Below are positions 1-10,876 of a stretch of DNA of 64,000 nucleotides, piece by piece. Source of the stretch: Gammaproteobacteria bacterium. GTDB taxonomy: Bacteria; Pseudomonadota; Gammaproteobacteria; Eutrophobiales; Eutrophobiaceae. Each line of letters starts with the position of its first letter. Within the stretch, counting starts at the first letter, position 1. The stretch spans positions 118,851-182,850 of the forward strand of contig CBDFNQ010000038.1 in NCBI GenBank assembly GCA_965250225.1, written 5' to 3'. The translations under genes were made by a program, and so were the position numbers. The notes under the pieces are model-generated. The model was not told the origin of the DNA. It saw nothing but the letters and a program-made list of their open reading frames with translations, and searched no databases.

Positions 1-3000
1 GATTTCTTTTGCCGCACCTGCACTTCGTTGAGCAAGGTTACGAACTTCAGAAGCCACGACTGCAAAACCCCGTCCCTGTTCTCCGGCTCTCGCTGCTTCA
101 ACCGCTGCATTCAAGGCAAGTAGATTAGTCTGGAAAGCGATTTCGTCTATCACGCCAATAATATCCGCTATCTTTTTGCTTGATGAATTGATCTCACTCA
201 TGGCAGTTACCGCATTACTCACAACGGAGCCACCTTTTTCGGCGGTTTCCCTGGCGCTGTTCGCCAGTTGATTCGCTTGCCTGGCGTTATCGGCATTTTG
301 TTTCACCGTACCAGTCATCTCTTCTATCGTGGCAGCAGTTTCTTCCAGTGCCGATGCTTGTTGTTCAGTACGAGAACTTAGTTCCGTATTCCCTTGTACC
401 AGTTCCGTTGATGAGGTATCGATACTGCCTGACGAACTGCGTATTTCATTCACCATATTGAGCAAATTTGTGGAACTGGTATTGACGGCATCCTTCATCA
501 CGGCAAACTTGCCATGAAAATCACCATCCATTACCTGGGTCAGGTCACCATCAGCCAACGCCTCCATTACCCGTGTTCCTTCATTCACTGGCGTGACAAC
601 AGAATCGATTAAAGAATTAATCGAAGTCGCCAGGCTTTCCAGAAATCCTTCATATTTACTACTATCCAGGCGTTGTTCCAGGTCGCCTTTTCCTGCGGCC
701 TCAATCAAACTATTAATAGCACGCTCTGCTATTTTCTGTTCCGTTATGTCTTGCCATTCCACCATATTACCAGCGTAGTTTCCGTCCACATCAATAATGG
801 CCGTTGCATTAACACTGAAATCAAGTGGGCCCACATTAATTTCTGCCTTTGTCGGCAGGCTATTGACATCACTCAGTAATCGACGTTGATGAGCCGGATT
901 TTTATGGAATTGATCGATATTTTGACCCACCAGATTATTCACATCCAGGCTCGGCCAGATTGTTCGCAAATCGTTTTGACGATTTCGTAACATCTCGACC
1001 ACCGCTGGATTGGCATAGGTAATATTTAAGTCCACATCACAGATCATTAAATTTGTCTGAGCGCCATCTACCGCCGATTGCAGTCGTGCAACCTCGATAT
1101 TTTTTGCCCGTATCTCCGTCACATCTTCCCATTCCAGGGTATTACCGATGTAGTTACCTTGTGGGTCCATCTGTGCAGAGACTGTCAGGGCAAATTTTAA
1201 TTCTCTAATTTCAATGTCTGTTTTATAAGGCAGATTAGAAGGGTCCGCCAATAACTTACGTTGATGCTCCGGGTTCTTGTGGAACACATCAATACACGTA
1301 CCCATGACTCCTGCCACACTAAAGCTCGGACAGACTTCCTTAAATTTGCTTTCGTATCTCGTCAATAGCCCAACCGTTGCACCATTCACATAGGTGATGA
1401 TGAAATCACGGTCGATCATGATCATCGGTGACTGACAGCCATCAACGGCCACCTGTAAACGTGCTGATGCTATCTGTTGTTCACGTAATTCCGTACCGTC
1501 AGTTGCATATTTGACGACCTTGAAAGGATTACCATTCATGTCATAGATCGGGTTATAACTGGCATTCAACCATATCTCACTACCGTCTTTACCGATGCGA
1601 CGATATTGACCGGACTGATATTCTCCACTAGCTAATTTTTGCCAGAACTCTTTATATTCCGCACCCGCAACATACTCCGGATCGACAAACATGCTGTGGT
1701 GTTTACCCTTAATCTCTTCCAGGCTATAACCCACAGTATTAAGAAAATTATCGTTTGCTGTGATGATGGTACCATCAAGCTCGAATTCAATTGTTGCCTG
1801 TACCTTGTCGACTGCAGCCAACTTTCCTGAAAAATCGGCAAATTCCAGTTTTTGTGCGGTCACATCCGTGGCGTACTTCACTACTTTATAGGGCTTACCA
1901 TCAGTATCGAAGACCGGATTGTAAGAAGCGTTGATCCAGACTTCCTTACCGCCTTTACCGATGCGTTTGTATTCTTTCGCTTCGTATTCTCCGCGGTTTA
2001 AACTCGCCCAGAATTTTTTATATTCTGCACTCGCCTTGAACGCTTCATCTGCAAACATGCTGTGATGCTGACCCTGGACTTCTTCCAGTGTATAGCCCAG
2101 CGCATTTAGAAAATTGTCATTGGCTGTGATGATGGTGCCATCCATATTGAACTCAATCACCGCCTGTACTTTATCAATAGCATTTAATAAACCGGACTGC
2201 TCCTGAATTTTCTGTTTCAGTGCTTCCATATCGTTTGTCTCAGCATTCATCTCTAGTACCTCTACATTTTTAGTTTCTGATTTATCCGTTTTTGAATCTT
2301 TCATTTCGTTTACATCGTTTTCTTCATTCAAACTGTTTACATCTGACCCTTCATATGCTTCAAGCATGATGCCTGCCACTGTATTTAATGCATCACTCCA
2401 GGCCTCATGTACTTCGTCTGTCCAGGCATCACCAGCGAATTCCGCCATAACATCCAAAAGTACTGCTGCGACCGCACCGTAGTGCTCGGCCACTGCGCCA
2501 TACTTCTGATGGTTCTTTCCGAGGTTCGTCAGGGCGGGACCTAATACATCGGGCTTTCGCAGATTATTAATAACCAGCACCAGTGCCGACAGGAGTTTCT
2601 TCTCCTGCTCCTTCTGATCGGTATTCTTAAACAGGGGTTTAACACCCGGATGACGTTCGAATAACACCTCATAAAAGCGAGCAACCAATGCTTCGCCCTG
2701 TGGTGCCAGGGAATTGAAAGTGTCTTCCAAAAGACTAATTTTCAGACCCGGTTCTTCTGTATTCGTTTCTTGATTCATCGATTCATCCTCTGGTTCTTCA
2801 TAAGCATCAAGCATTATTTTCGCTACCGTGCTCAATGCATTACTCCATGCCTCATGAACTTCATCAGTCCAGGTATCACCAGCAAATTCCTGCATGACAG
2901 ATAATAATGTCTCTGCAACTGCCGGGTAATGTTCTGCTGTCGCACCATAGATTTTATGTTTGCGGCCTAATTCACCCAGTGCTTTTGCCAATATTTCTGG

Positions 3001-3210
3001 CCTTTTTAAACTGTTAATAACCATATTTAATCCGGCAGCTAGCTTTTTTTGCTGTTGTTTAGGATCAACATCTTTAAACAATGGTTTTACATCAGGATAT
3101 TTGGCAAACAACTCTTCATAAAAACGTTTCACTAATTCATCCAGGCTAGACGATAATGATGCAAACGTTGTTTGAAGAAGTTCTACATTTAATTCCGTTT
3201 CCTGGTTCAT
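1..3210 (-). CDS. Soluble globin-coupled methyl-accepting chemotaxis protein (tandem globin x2, PAS-like x4, HAMP, MCP signalling domain). Partial: 3' end beyond window start.
   Basis: Reverse complement of nt 1-100 encodes the MCP hallmark [31 protein letters not shown]. Minus-strand ATG at 3210 ([13 protein letters not shown]...). The first ~300 aa contain two homologous globin-like modules ([16 protein letters not shown]...[12 protein letters not shown] / [16 protein letters not shown]...[12 protein letters not shown]). Then come PAS modules ([17 protein letters not shown]..., [17 protein letters not shown]...) and two ~130-aa PAS-like repeats. No hydrophobic TM segment seen. No other long ORF exists in 1-3210. 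Confidence 0.85.
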   Translation of the reverse strand, partial: MNQETELNVELLQTTFASLSSSLDELVKRFYEELFAKYPDVKPLFKDVDPKQQQKKLAAGLNMVINSLKRPEILAKALGELGRKHKIYGATAEHYPAVAETLLSVMQEFAGDTWTDEVHEAWSNALSTVAKIMLDAYEEPEDESMNQETNTEEPGLKISLLEDTFNSLAPQGEALVARFYEVLFERHPGVKPLFKNTDQKEQEKKLLSALVLVINNLRKPDVLGPALTNLGKNHQKYGAVAEHYGAVAAVLLDVMAEFAGDAWTDEVHEAWSDALNTVAGIMLEAYEGSDVNSLNEENDVNEMKDSKTDKSETKNVEVLEMNAETNDMEALKQKIQEQSGLLNAIDKVQAVIEFNMDGTIITANDNFLNALGYTLEEVQGQHHSMFADEAFKASAEYKKFWASLNRGEYEAKEYKRIGKGGKEVWINASYNPVFDTDGKPYKVVKYATDVTAQKLEFADFSGKLAAVDKVQATIEFELDGTIITANDNFLNTVGYSLEEIKGKHHSMFVDPEYVAGAEYKEFWQKLASGEYQSGQYRRIGKDGSEIWLNASYNPIYDMNGNPFKVVKYATDGTELREQQIASARLQVAVDGCQSPMIMIDRDFIITYVNGATVGLLTRYESKFKEVCPSFSVAGVMGTCIDVFHKNPEHQRKLLADPSNLPYKTDIEIRELKFALTVSAQMDPQGNYIGNTLEWEDVTEIRAKNIEVARLQSAVDGAQTNLMICDVDLNITYANPAVVEMLRNRQNDLRTIWPSLDVNNLVGQNIDQFHKNPAHQRRLLSDVNSLPTKAEINVGPLDFSVNATAIIDVDGNYAGNMVEWQDITEQKIAERAINSLIEAAGKGDLEQRLDSSKYEGFLESLATSINSLIDSVVTPVNEGTRVMEALADGDLTQVMDGDFHGKFAVMKDAVNTSSTNLLNMVNEIRSSSGSIDTSSTELVQGNTELSSRTEQQASALEETAATIEEMTGTVKQNADNARQANQLANSARETAEKGGSVVSNAVTAMSEINSSSKKIADIIGVIDEIAFQTNLLALNAAVEAARAGEQGRGFAVVASEVRNLAQRSAGAAKEI

Positions 3211-3246
3211 AATTAATCTACCTGTTATAAATTTTATATAAAATAA

Positions 3247-3771
3247 CTAATGTTCAAGCTGCGAATCACCAACCATATCAATATCAATCAAATGATCGAC
3301 ATCAAGCAAGATCAACATCTTTTCATCAATGGTGGCTAATCCTTTAATAAACTGTGTATCAATTGAACTGCCAAACTCAGGGGATGCTTTCAATTGTTCT
3401 GGAGTCAGGTTGTATACTTCTGAAACAGCATCGACAACAAAACCCATGGTTCTTTCACCTTTTCCCGAATGTACATTCAAAACAATCACAACGGTCATAT
3501 TGTTATACTCGATCCTGGTTAGAGAAAACCGTGTGCGTAGATCAATAATCGGCACGATGGTGCCTCGCAGATTTATCACGCCTTGTACATATTCTGGAGT
3601 ATTCGGTATTTCTGTAGCGGGTTCCCAACCTTTTATCTCTTGTACGCGCAGAATATCAACGCCATATTCTTCATCCGCTAAAATAAATGTGAGAAACTGA
3701 TCGGTGTCTTTTTCATTATGATCTTCGACACCTATGTCATTCTGAATTTCCTGATTTGTTTCAGTTGTCAT
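3247..3771 (-). CDS. cheW: Chemotaxis coupling protein CheW
   Basis: 174-aa ORF with typical CheW fold sequence (FLTFILADEEYGVDILRVQEI...VQGVINLRGTIVPIIDLR). Operon position between cheA and the MCP. Confidence 0.9.
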   Translation of the reverse strand: MTTETNQEIQNDIGVEDHNEKDTDQFLTFILADEEYGVDILRVQEIKGWEPATEIPNTPEYVQGVINLRGTIVPIIDLRTRFSLTRIEYNNMTVVIVLNVHSGKGERTMGFVVDAVSEVYNLTPEQLKASPEFGSSIDTQFIKGLATIDEKMLILLDVDHLIDIDMVGDSQLEH

Positions 3772-3780
3772 TGTGATTCC

Positions 3781-5916
3781 TTATGCTGCTTCGGAATTAA
3801 CCGGCAGCGAATGTGGTTTTGATTTCGTATCAGAGAGTATTGGTAATTGTAGAGTGCTAGACATGTCCAAAATCAACGCCACTGTTCCATTGCCTAAGAT
3901 GGTTGCTCCAGAAACACCATCAACGCGTTGATAATTTGTTTCAAGACTTTTAATAACAACTTGTTGCTGCCCAAGTAAATCATCAACAAATATGGCAGCC
4001 TTCTGTCCATCCGCTTCAACAACCACCAATAAACCATCTGTTAATTTATTGTGTTTTGCTTCAACATCAAACACTTCATGTAAACGAACAATTGGGATAT
4101 ATTCATCCCGTAATCGATAGACATCACCTTTGCCTGGTAAACTGTTTATGTTATTTCCCTCTGCCTGTAAGGATTCAACGATAGAAACCAGAGGGATGAT
4201 ATAGGTCTGCTCACCAACCTGGACAAGTTGTCCATCCAGTATGGCTAATGTTAGTGGCAAACGAATACGGAAAGTTGAACCAACGCCTTCTTTGGATTTA
4301 ATCTCTACCACACCACCCAGGTCTTTGATGTTTCTCCGTACAACGTCCATCCCTACACCACGGCCTGATACATCACTGACTTCCTGTGCTGTTGAAAAAG
4401 CAGGCATGAAAATTAATTCATTGATTTTATCATCTGGCAGAATTTCATTTTCACCAACGATCCCTTTTTCACGTGCCTTGGCAAGAATACGTTCCTTATT
4501 CAGACCAGCACCATCATCAATGATCTCGATGACGATGTTGCCGCCCTCATGAAAAGCATTCAAATGTATGACACCCGTTTCTGGTTTTCCGGCCTTGACC
4601 CTGTCTTCCGGCATTTCGATGCCGTGATCCAACGAGTTGCGAACCAGATGAACCATTGGGTCGCCAATTTTTTCCATGACTGTTTTATCCAGCTCGGTTT
4701 GTTCACCAGATATTTTAAGTTCGATCTTTTTATTCAGTGTATTACTCAGATCCCTGACCAGACGTGGAAAACGATTAAACGAAAAGCTGATTGGCAACAT
4801 TCGTATCTGCAATACATTTTCCTGTATTTCACGTGTATTACGTTCAAGTAAATCCAGACCATCCTTTAATCTTTCAATATCAGCCTGGTCGAATGTTTCT
4901 TCTGCACCAAACTGACTCAACATGGATTGAGTGATAACCAGCTCACCTACCATATTGATTAATGTATCTATCTTTTCAATACCCACTCGAATAGATGTGC
5001 TTTCTGAATTCGAACGACGTTCTTTCGCTACTCGTCGGTCAGTACCTGAACGTTGTTCATTTTTTGCAACTTCAGCAACAGGCTGTGTGATTTCTGATGC
5101 TTTGATATCATTTTTTTCATCCAATTGTAAATCACTTTTCTCTTTCATAGATGTAGCATCAGAGACAGCATTTTCATCGAGCATTTTTTTCAATTCCAGA
5201 TCACAGTCACCCTCCACCCAATCAAATATTTCTGTGATTTTCTCTTCTTCTATATTTCCCTTCACCGTAATATCCCAGGATAAAAAAGATGATTCATAAT
5301 CCAAAGTATCAAAGCCAGGTAATTTTGAGTCATCCACAATGACTTCGATCTCACCAAGTCCTGATAATTCTGTGATTAATCTTAAGGGGTCATTTCCAGT
5401 GAGAAACATATTTTCATGTGGGATAAAACGGATAGACCATTGCTTGATTATTTCTTGCCTTTCAGAATCAACATCAGCAACATTTTCATCAATTGTTACA
5501 TCAGAAGCCTCTTCAGCAAGCAGGGTTTCAAGTGCCGTTTGTAATTCATTAATATCTGCCGTATCCAACTCTGCCTCATCACGTGTTGCTGAAAGCATAT
5601 TTCTCAGGCAATCGACAGATTGCAATAACAAATCAACGGATTTCTGACAAACATTGCGCTGACCTGCACGCATCTCATCCAACAAAGTTTCCAGGACATG
5701 AGTAAAACTGGCAATTGCAGTAAAACCAAAAGTGCCACTACCACCTTTGATAGAATGTGCTGCTCTAAAGATCGTGTTTATGGTCTCGACATCTGGCTCT
5801 CCGATATTGAGATCCAGTAAACCAGCTTCCATATCATCCAGGCCTTCAAAACTTTCTTCAAAAAAGACCTCATGAAATTGTGACATATCAACCGACATAG
5901 TTAGTTTTTCCTGCAA
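3781..5916 (-). CDS. cheA: Chemotaxis histidine kinase CheA (start possibly at internal Met, nt 5898)
   Basis: Hpt motif AAHSIKGGSGTFG near N-terminus, HATPase region (GRGVGMDVV), C-terminal CheW-like domain. 711 aa. Confidence 0.92.
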   Translation of the reverse strand: MQEKLTMSVDMSQFHEVFFEESFEGLDDMEAGLLDLNIGEPDVETINTIFRAAHSIKGGSGTFGFTAIASFTHVLETLLDEMRAGQRNVCQKSVDLLLQSVDCLRNMLSATRDEAELDTADINELQTALETLLAEEASDVTIDENVADVDSERQEIIKQWSIRFIPHENMFLTGNDPLRLITELSGLGEIEVIVDDSKLPGFDTLDYESSFLSWDITVKGNIEEEKITEIFDWVEGDCDLELKKMLDENAVSDATSMKEKSDLQLDEKNDIKASEITQPVAEVAKNEQRSGTDRRVAKERRSNSESTSIRVGIEKIDTLINMVGELVITQSMLSQFGAEETFDQADIERLKDGLDLLERNTREIQENVLQIRMLPISFSFNRFPRLVRDLSNTLNKKIELKISGEQTELDKTVMEKIGDPMVHLVRNSLDHGIEMPEDRVKAGKPETGVIHLNAFHEGGNIVIEIIDDGAGLNKERILAKAREKGIVGENEILPDDKINELIFMPAFSTAQEVSDVSGRGVGMDVVRRNIKDLGGVVEIKSKEGVGSTFRIRLPLTLAILDGQLVQVGEQTYIIPLVSIVESLQAEGNNINSLPGKGDVYRLRDEYIPIVRLHEVFDVEAKHNKLTDGLLVVVEADGQKAAIFVDDLLGQQQVVIKSLETNYQRVDGVSGATILGNGTVALILDMSSTLQLPILSDTKSKPHSLPVNSEAA

Positions 5917-5966
5917 GCGTTATGTAATCTGTATTCATTGATGTTGATTATTAATTTTGGAGGTGC

Positions 5967-6329
5967 TCAACCAATGACTTTTTTTATTGTATTTATTAAC
6001 TGATCGGGGTTAAACGGTTTTACCAGCCAGCCAGTAGCACCGGCTGCTTTACCTTCAGATTTTTTGTCGCCCGCTGTTTCAGTGGTTAACATCAACATAG
6101 GGATATGCTTGTAGTTGGGTAGTTTCCTCAGTTCCTTGATCAAGGTAATGCCGTCCATTATTGGCATGTTCACATCAGTTAAAACAATATCAGGAGTTGC
6201 AGATTGCGCCTTATTCAGGGCATCTTGCCCATCGACGGCCTCGATCACATTATAACCGGCCCCTTTCAGTGTAAAACTCACCATTTGTCTCATTGATGCC
6301 GAATCATCAACAGCTAATACAGTTGCCAT
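5967..6329 (-). CDS. cheY: Chemotaxis response regulator CheY
   Basis: 120 aa single REC domain (VLAVDDSASMR...DVNMPIMDG...LVKPF), first gene of the che operon. Confidence 0.9.
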   Translation of the reverse strand: MATVLAVDDSASMRQMVSFTLKGAGYNVIEAVDGQDALNKAQSATPDIVLTDVNMPIMDGITLIKELRKLPNYKHIPMLMLTTETAGDKKSEGKAAGATGWLVKPFNPDQLINTIKKVIG

Positions 6330-6370
6330 TTGTTATACTCCGATTGTTCAATCTTGATAGGTAAACTAAT

Positions 6371-6401
6371 ACATCGGCAGAAGAACGATTTACCTTTAAA
6401 G
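6371..6401 (-). promoter_or_regulatory. Putative sigma-28 (FliA) promoter for the che operon
   Basis: Minus strand reads cTTTAAAGgtaaatcgttcttctGCCGATGt. TAAAG/-35 and GCCGAT(AA)/-10 fit the FliA consensus TAAA-N15-GCCGATAA with spacing 16. Located ~40 nt upstream of cheY ATG. Confidence 0.35.
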
Positions 6402-6707
6402 TTTATTACTGATTTTATGGTTCAATAGCTCCACCCACTATTCAAAGCCATTGCTACCATTGTATTTATTGCTCTCTCGGCCAGACCCAGGACAACGCAT
6501 GAACTATACCAATTGTTCATCAGCTTGTTGGTGGCTTGTAAGTCATTGTATTTAATATATTTATTATTTTCAGATGATGGGTGTTTGGAAAACACGGGAT
6601 AAATTATTGCCAGGGTAAAGCGGCAATTTCGTCCTAATATTGCATGGGAAGCCACCCGGTTTTCTAGCTGTGAAAGACTCAATCGAATGTGTGTATAATG
6701 CTCGCCC

Positions 6708-7358
6708 ATGAAAAACCCCATTATGAAAACCTTGATAATTGTCCTGTTGCTAACCGCTTTTGGTGCTGGCCTGGGTATGTATTCTTCAAGCTATTACACA
6801 AGCAAGATAAACGCTGTGCCAGAAATCCAGGGCTTGATGTGGCCAAACCCGAAACAATTAAGGCCATTCGCCAGCATTAACCAGAGTGGTGATGTCTTTG
6901 GACTTGATAATTTGCAAGGCAAATGGTCGTTTATCTTTTTTGGCTACACCCATTGTCCGGATGTATGTCCGATCACTCTGAGCTTGCTGGATGATGTTCA
7001 TAAAAAAATGCAAGATAAGGGCATTAATGAAGACATACAGATTATTTTCATGACGGTCGATCCTGAACGAGATACGACAGAACTACTGAAAGACTATATT
7101 GAATACTTTAATACAGAATTTATTGCCCTTGGTGGCACCAAAGAGCAAGTGGAAAGCCTGACTCGACAAATTGGTATTGCCTATGCAAAAGCTGAAACTG
7201 GATCAGATAATGATTACCTCGTTGATCACAGTGCCTCGGTATTCTTGATCGGCCCCAAAGGACATCTTATTTCCGTTTTTTCTTCCCCCCACGATGCTAC
7301 CGATATCCTTAACCGTTTTATTGGCATAAAGGGATTTATTCAAAAACAAGACACATGA
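6708..7358 (+). CDS. SCO1/SenC family copper chaperone (thioredoxin-like, cytochrome oxidase assembly)
   Basis: N-terminal membrane anchor, CxxxC motif (HCPDVCP) and conserved downstream His (DHSASVF). Confidence 0.85.
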   Translation: MKNPIMKTLIIVLLLTAFGAGLGMYSSSYYTSKINAVPEIQGLMWPNPKQLRPFASINQSGDVFGLDNLQGKWSFIFFGYTHCPDVCPITLSLLDDVHKKMQDKGINEDIQIIFMTVDPERDTTELLKDYIEYFNTEFIALGGTKEQVESLTRQIGIAYAKAETGSDNDYLVDHSASVFLIGPKGHLISVFSSPHDATDILNRFIGIKGFIQKQDT

Positions 7359-7816
7359 AACAATATTTTATGCATGAAACAGTCACTGGACTCATACTGA
7401 TTTTTTTCACACTTTCAAGTCATGCAGCGAGTAACATTCAGATAAACAACGCCTGGATAAACGAAGCTCCACCGACCATGAAAATCCTGGCAGCTTATTT
7501 GACGATTGAAAACACCAGCAATAGCGATATTATTCTTGACAGGATTGAGAGCCCTGCATTTGAAACCGTAGAGATGCATCGTTCCATTGTTGAAGATGAT
7601 GTTGCAAGAATGATCAAACAAAATAACCTGTCGATTCAGGCAAATTCACAAACTGTTTTTGAACCCGGTGGGTTACATCTCATGTTGATTAATCCTGATT
7701 CAAGCAAAAAACAAGGTGATATAACAGCACTGATATTTTATTTTTCCGACGGTTCTATATTATCAGTGGATGCAATCGTTAAAAAAGCCTCTGACCAAAC
7801 GCTTCATCACCATTGA
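7355..7816 (+). CDS. Periplasmic copper chaperone PCu(A)C (DUF461)
   Basis: Signal peptide, Met/His copper motifs (VEMH ... GGLHLML), 4-nt overlap (ATGA) with the sco gene suggesting co-translation. Confidence 0.7.
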   Translation: MKQYFMHETVTGLILIFFTLSSHAASNIQINNAWINEAPPTMKILAAYLTIENTSNSDIILDRIESPAFETVEMHRSIVEDDVARMIKQNNLSIQANSQTVFEPGGLHLMLINPDSSKKQGDITALIFYFSDGSILSVDAIVKKASDQTLHHH

Positions 7817-7856
7817 AATAACATTATAGTTACTGCATAGACTAATTAATCCTTAT

Positions 7857-8714
7857 ATGTTCCAGTTTCTTAAAGTATTACCCCAGCATTTCATTCCACA
7901 ACATTTTTTAAGCAGTTTAATCTATAGATTGACACGTATACGTTGTAAATATTGGAAAAATTTTATTATCCGTCGGTTCATCACACTATTTCATGTTGAT
8001 ATGGGTAGTTCGATAAAAAAGACCACAGATGATTTTGAACATTTTAATGATTTTTTTACACGCGAATTACTCGCCGATGCACGGCCAGTAGAAGAAGGAA
8101 ATACTATGGTATCCCCTGTGGATGGATATCTGAGTCAATTCGGCAAGATAAAGAGCAATTCTCTTATCCAGGCCAAAAGGCGATATTTTACTCTAACGGA
8201 TTTACTTGCTGGCAATCAGGAAAGTGCAAATAAATTTATCGATGGTGATTTTTCAACTCTGTATCTTTCACCGAAGAATTATCACCGTATCCACATGCCT
8301 GTTAATGGCAGACTGATTAAAATGACCTATGTACCTGGAAGGTTATTTGCAGTAAACCAACATACCGCTCACGTTGTAAATAATTTGTTCGGTCGTAATG
8401 AACGAGTGATCATCGATTTTGAAACGGATATTGGTTCACTGTGTTTAATCATGGTCGGAGCAATCTTTGTCGGTAGTATGGATACTGTTTGGCACCAACA
8501 AATCACACCGGCCAGGAAAAGAGATATACAGCAATGGAACTACGATGATCAGTTAGCTGAAAATCAATTTAATAAAGGTGATGAGATAGGTCGATTTAAT
8601 ATGGGTTCGACAGTGATATTGCTATTTCAGAAAGACAAAGTGCAATGGAATGAAATACTGACTCATGATCAGGAGATAATTATGGGTCAACCACTGGCAA
8701 ATAATAAAGACTAA
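7857..8714 (+). CDS. psd: Phosphatidylserine decarboxylase proenzyme
   Basis: 285 aa. Conserved PSD motifs including the self-cleavage GST site (FNMGSTVIL) and YHRIHMP. Confidence 0.85.
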   Translation: MFQFLKVLPQHFIPQHFLSSLIYRLTRIRCKYWKNFIIRRFITLFHVDMGSSIKKTTDDFEHFNDFFTRELLADARPVEEGNTMVSPVDGYLSQFGKIKSNSLIQAKRRYFTLTDLLAGNQESANKFIDGDFSTLYLSPKNYHRIHMPVNGRLIKMTYVPGRLFAVNQHTAHVVNNLFGRNERVIIDFETDIGSLCLIMVGAIFVGSMDTVWHQQITPARKRDIQQWNYDDQLAENQFNKGDEIGRFNMGSTVILLFQKDKVQWNEILTHDQEIIMGQPLANNKD

Positions 8715-8715
8715 T

Positions 8716-9423
8716 GAGTCGCCCCTGAAGAACACATAAATCATTAATAACAAAGAATAAATTTCTTAATAAAGGTAAAACCGTTTGCAAGAAAACAAGT
8801 CATAGCACTTAAAACCTTGCGAACTATGAAGCCTAAGACAGCTGATAATCACCCTGATTTATACCGCGCCCAGCTCTCTCAAATACTTAACATGTCACAT
8901 CCGTTGTGCCGTTTAGCCAATGAAATAAACGGGTCACGCATTGAAGATAAAATCGACGTTGTTTACAGTATCGGCTGTGGTCAGCCGGCATTACGATGGT
9001 CATACACTCGAAAGTGCACTGAACCAGGTGAGTGAGTTAACCGGCATCATGCCACAAGATGCTTACTGTGATATGGGTTACCGAGGTCATGGATTAAAAG
9101 GCGATACGAAAATTCACCTTGTGGGAAAGATACCCAAACGAACGACAAGAAGTTTACGAAAGTGGATGAAGCGACGTGCGGCAATCGAGCCCATTATCGG
9201 TCATCTAAAATCAGACCATCGATTGAACAGAAATCACTTAAAAGGCAAAGCGGGAGACCGTGCTAATGTCGTATTAGCTGCCGCTGCATACAATATGGCT
9301 AAGCTACTGGCCTGGTTTTATTGGCTTCGATATTTTCAAGCTATCTTTCGTCGATTAAGTTTGAAATAGCGGGAAATCAGAAAATAAACTTTTGTGTTTT
9401 TGCTTAATCTTCAGGGACGACTA
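8716..9423 (+). mobile_element. Internally deleted IS5-family insertion sequence remnant with imperfect terminal inverted repeats
   Basis: Left end gaGTCGCCCCTGAAGA (8716-8731). Right end, read as reverse complement, taGTCGTCCCTGAAGA (9408-9423), 14/16 match. Between them is a transposase reading frame with InsH-like N-terminus and DDE C-terminus but with the middle missing. Confidence 0.7.
8817..9369 (+). pseudogene. IS5-family (InsH/IS1182-like) transposase, truncated and frameshifted
   Basis: ORF 8817-9035 (MKPKTADNHPDLYRAQLSQILNMSHPLCRLANEI, classic InsH N-terminus) and out-of-frame ORF 8941-9369 (...RRAAIEPIIGHLKSDHRLNRNHLKGKAGDRANVVLAAAAYNMAKLL, classic DDE_Tnp_1 C-terminus). Total coding ~180 aa versus >300 aa for intact family members. 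Confidence 0.7.
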
Positions 9424-9424
9424 C

Positions 9425-10873
9425 CTATGTGGAAAATACCCAGATACAGAGCGACATTAACGCGCCGGGCATGATGCCCAGAACCAAGATAGACAAACCA
9501 TTCACACTCATAATAAAACGGAACGTCCGACTTGCCTTGATAGCTGTTAATGCTTTTGCCTGATCAAAATATATTAACTTGACCACACGCAAATAATAAT
9601 ACGCGCCAATAATGGTAAAGAATACAGACAGTGCGGCCAACCATACCAGATCAGCCTGAACAACATCTTTTAAAACAAATAACTTAGCCCAGAAACCAAC
9701 AAAGGGTGGAACGCCTGCCAGTGAAAACATATAGATCAACATAATAAATGCGAACCAGGGATTCCGTTCAGATAATCCCCTGAAATCTTCCAGTTCATCC
9801 GCTTCAGCATCTTTTCTTCCCAGAATAATAATCATTCCGAACACACCGAGGGTCATCAAAGCATAGGTAATTGCGTAAAACATTGCATCAGCAAAACCGG
9901 AATAATCTGGTGCAGCAATTGAATCAAAGGACAATAAACCTAACAATAAAAAACCTACATGGGAGATAGTGGAATAGGCCAACATTCGTTTAATGTTGGT
10001 TTGTGCTATAGCAATAATATTTCCTAGTGCAATAGAGATAATAGCCAGAGCAATGAACACGGGTTGCCAATCATCGATCAATGGAAAAAACCCATCACCA
10101 AATAACCTAACCGCCATAGCAAAGGCAGCGACCTTTGGTGCTGTTGCTATAAAGAGCACGACTGCCGTTGGTGCCCCTTGATAAACATCGGGTACCCACA
10201 TATGAAAAGGAACAGCACCTAACTTAAATGCCATAGCAGCAATAATAAAAATCAAACCAAAGGTCAATAGTATGGATTCATTTTCCATGGCAGGTATTAT
10301 TTGGCTTATCTCAATTAAGGAAATACTGCCAGTCACACCATAGATAATAGAAATTCCATAAAGCAATAAACCTGAAGCGATCGCTCCCATGATGAAATAT
10401 TTCATCGCCGCTTCTGAAGCCATAGGAGAATCACGATGCATCGCCACCATGGCATAAAGTGACAATGACATTAATTCCAGACCTAGATAGATAGTTAATA
10501 AACTACCTGCAGAAGTCATTATCATCATGCCCAGCACAGAAAATAGACCTAAAATAAAATATTCGCCCTTAGTCCAGCCATGTTCCGACAAATAATCTTC
10601 TGCATAATAAAAAACCAGCATTACAATTAAGCAAATGATAATCTTTAAGCTGCCACTCATCGCATCACTAATGAACGTGTTATTAAATGCGTAGCTAGTC
10701 TGTTGGGGAAAGTCAAATAATATCAGAGTCGCTACCAGAGCAAGGGCTATTTCACAGGCGATAAATGTGACTCTGTTTTTAGTGGCTGTTTGAAAGCTGT
10801 CTATCACCAGTATTAAACAGGCAGAAGTCAATAACACTATCTCTGGGATCATTAATGCTAAATCTGTATACAT
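9425..10873 (-). CDS. nuoN: NADH-quinone oxidoreductase subunit N
   Basis: 482-aa polytopic membrane protein, last gene of nuo operon, antiporter-like subunit. Confidence 0.9.
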   Translation of the reverse strand: MYTDLALMIPEIVLLTSACLILVIDSFQTATKNRVTFIACEIALALVATLILFDFPQQTSYAFNNTFISDAMSGSLKIIICLIVMLVFYYAEDYLSEHGWTKGEYFILGLFSVLGMMIMTSAGSLLTIYLGLELMSLSLYAMVAMHRDSPMASEAAMKYFIMGAIASGLLLYGISIIYGVTGSISLIEISQIIPAMENESILLTFGLIFIIAAMAFKLGAVPFHMWVPDVYQGAPTAVVLFIATAPKVAAFAMAVRLFGDGFFPLIDDWQPVFIALAIISIALGNIIAIAQTNIKRMLAYSTISHVGFLLLGLLSFDSIAAPDYSGFADAMFYAITYALMTLGVFGMIIILGRKDAEADELEDFRGLSERNPWFAFIMLIYMFSLAGVPPFVGFWAKLFVLKDVVQADLVWLAALSVFFTIIGAYYYLRVVKLIYFDQAKALTAIKASRTFRFIMSVNGLSILVLGIMPGALMSLCIWVFST

Positions 10874-10876
10874 GAT

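Noticed and set aside
6422-6721. 99-aa minus-strand ORF in the cheY/sco1 divergent intergenic region
   Set aside because: Lies entirely in a promoter region between divergent operons, overlaps the sco1 start, has no recognisable motifs, and would overlap the putative sigma-28 promoter. Most likely spurious.
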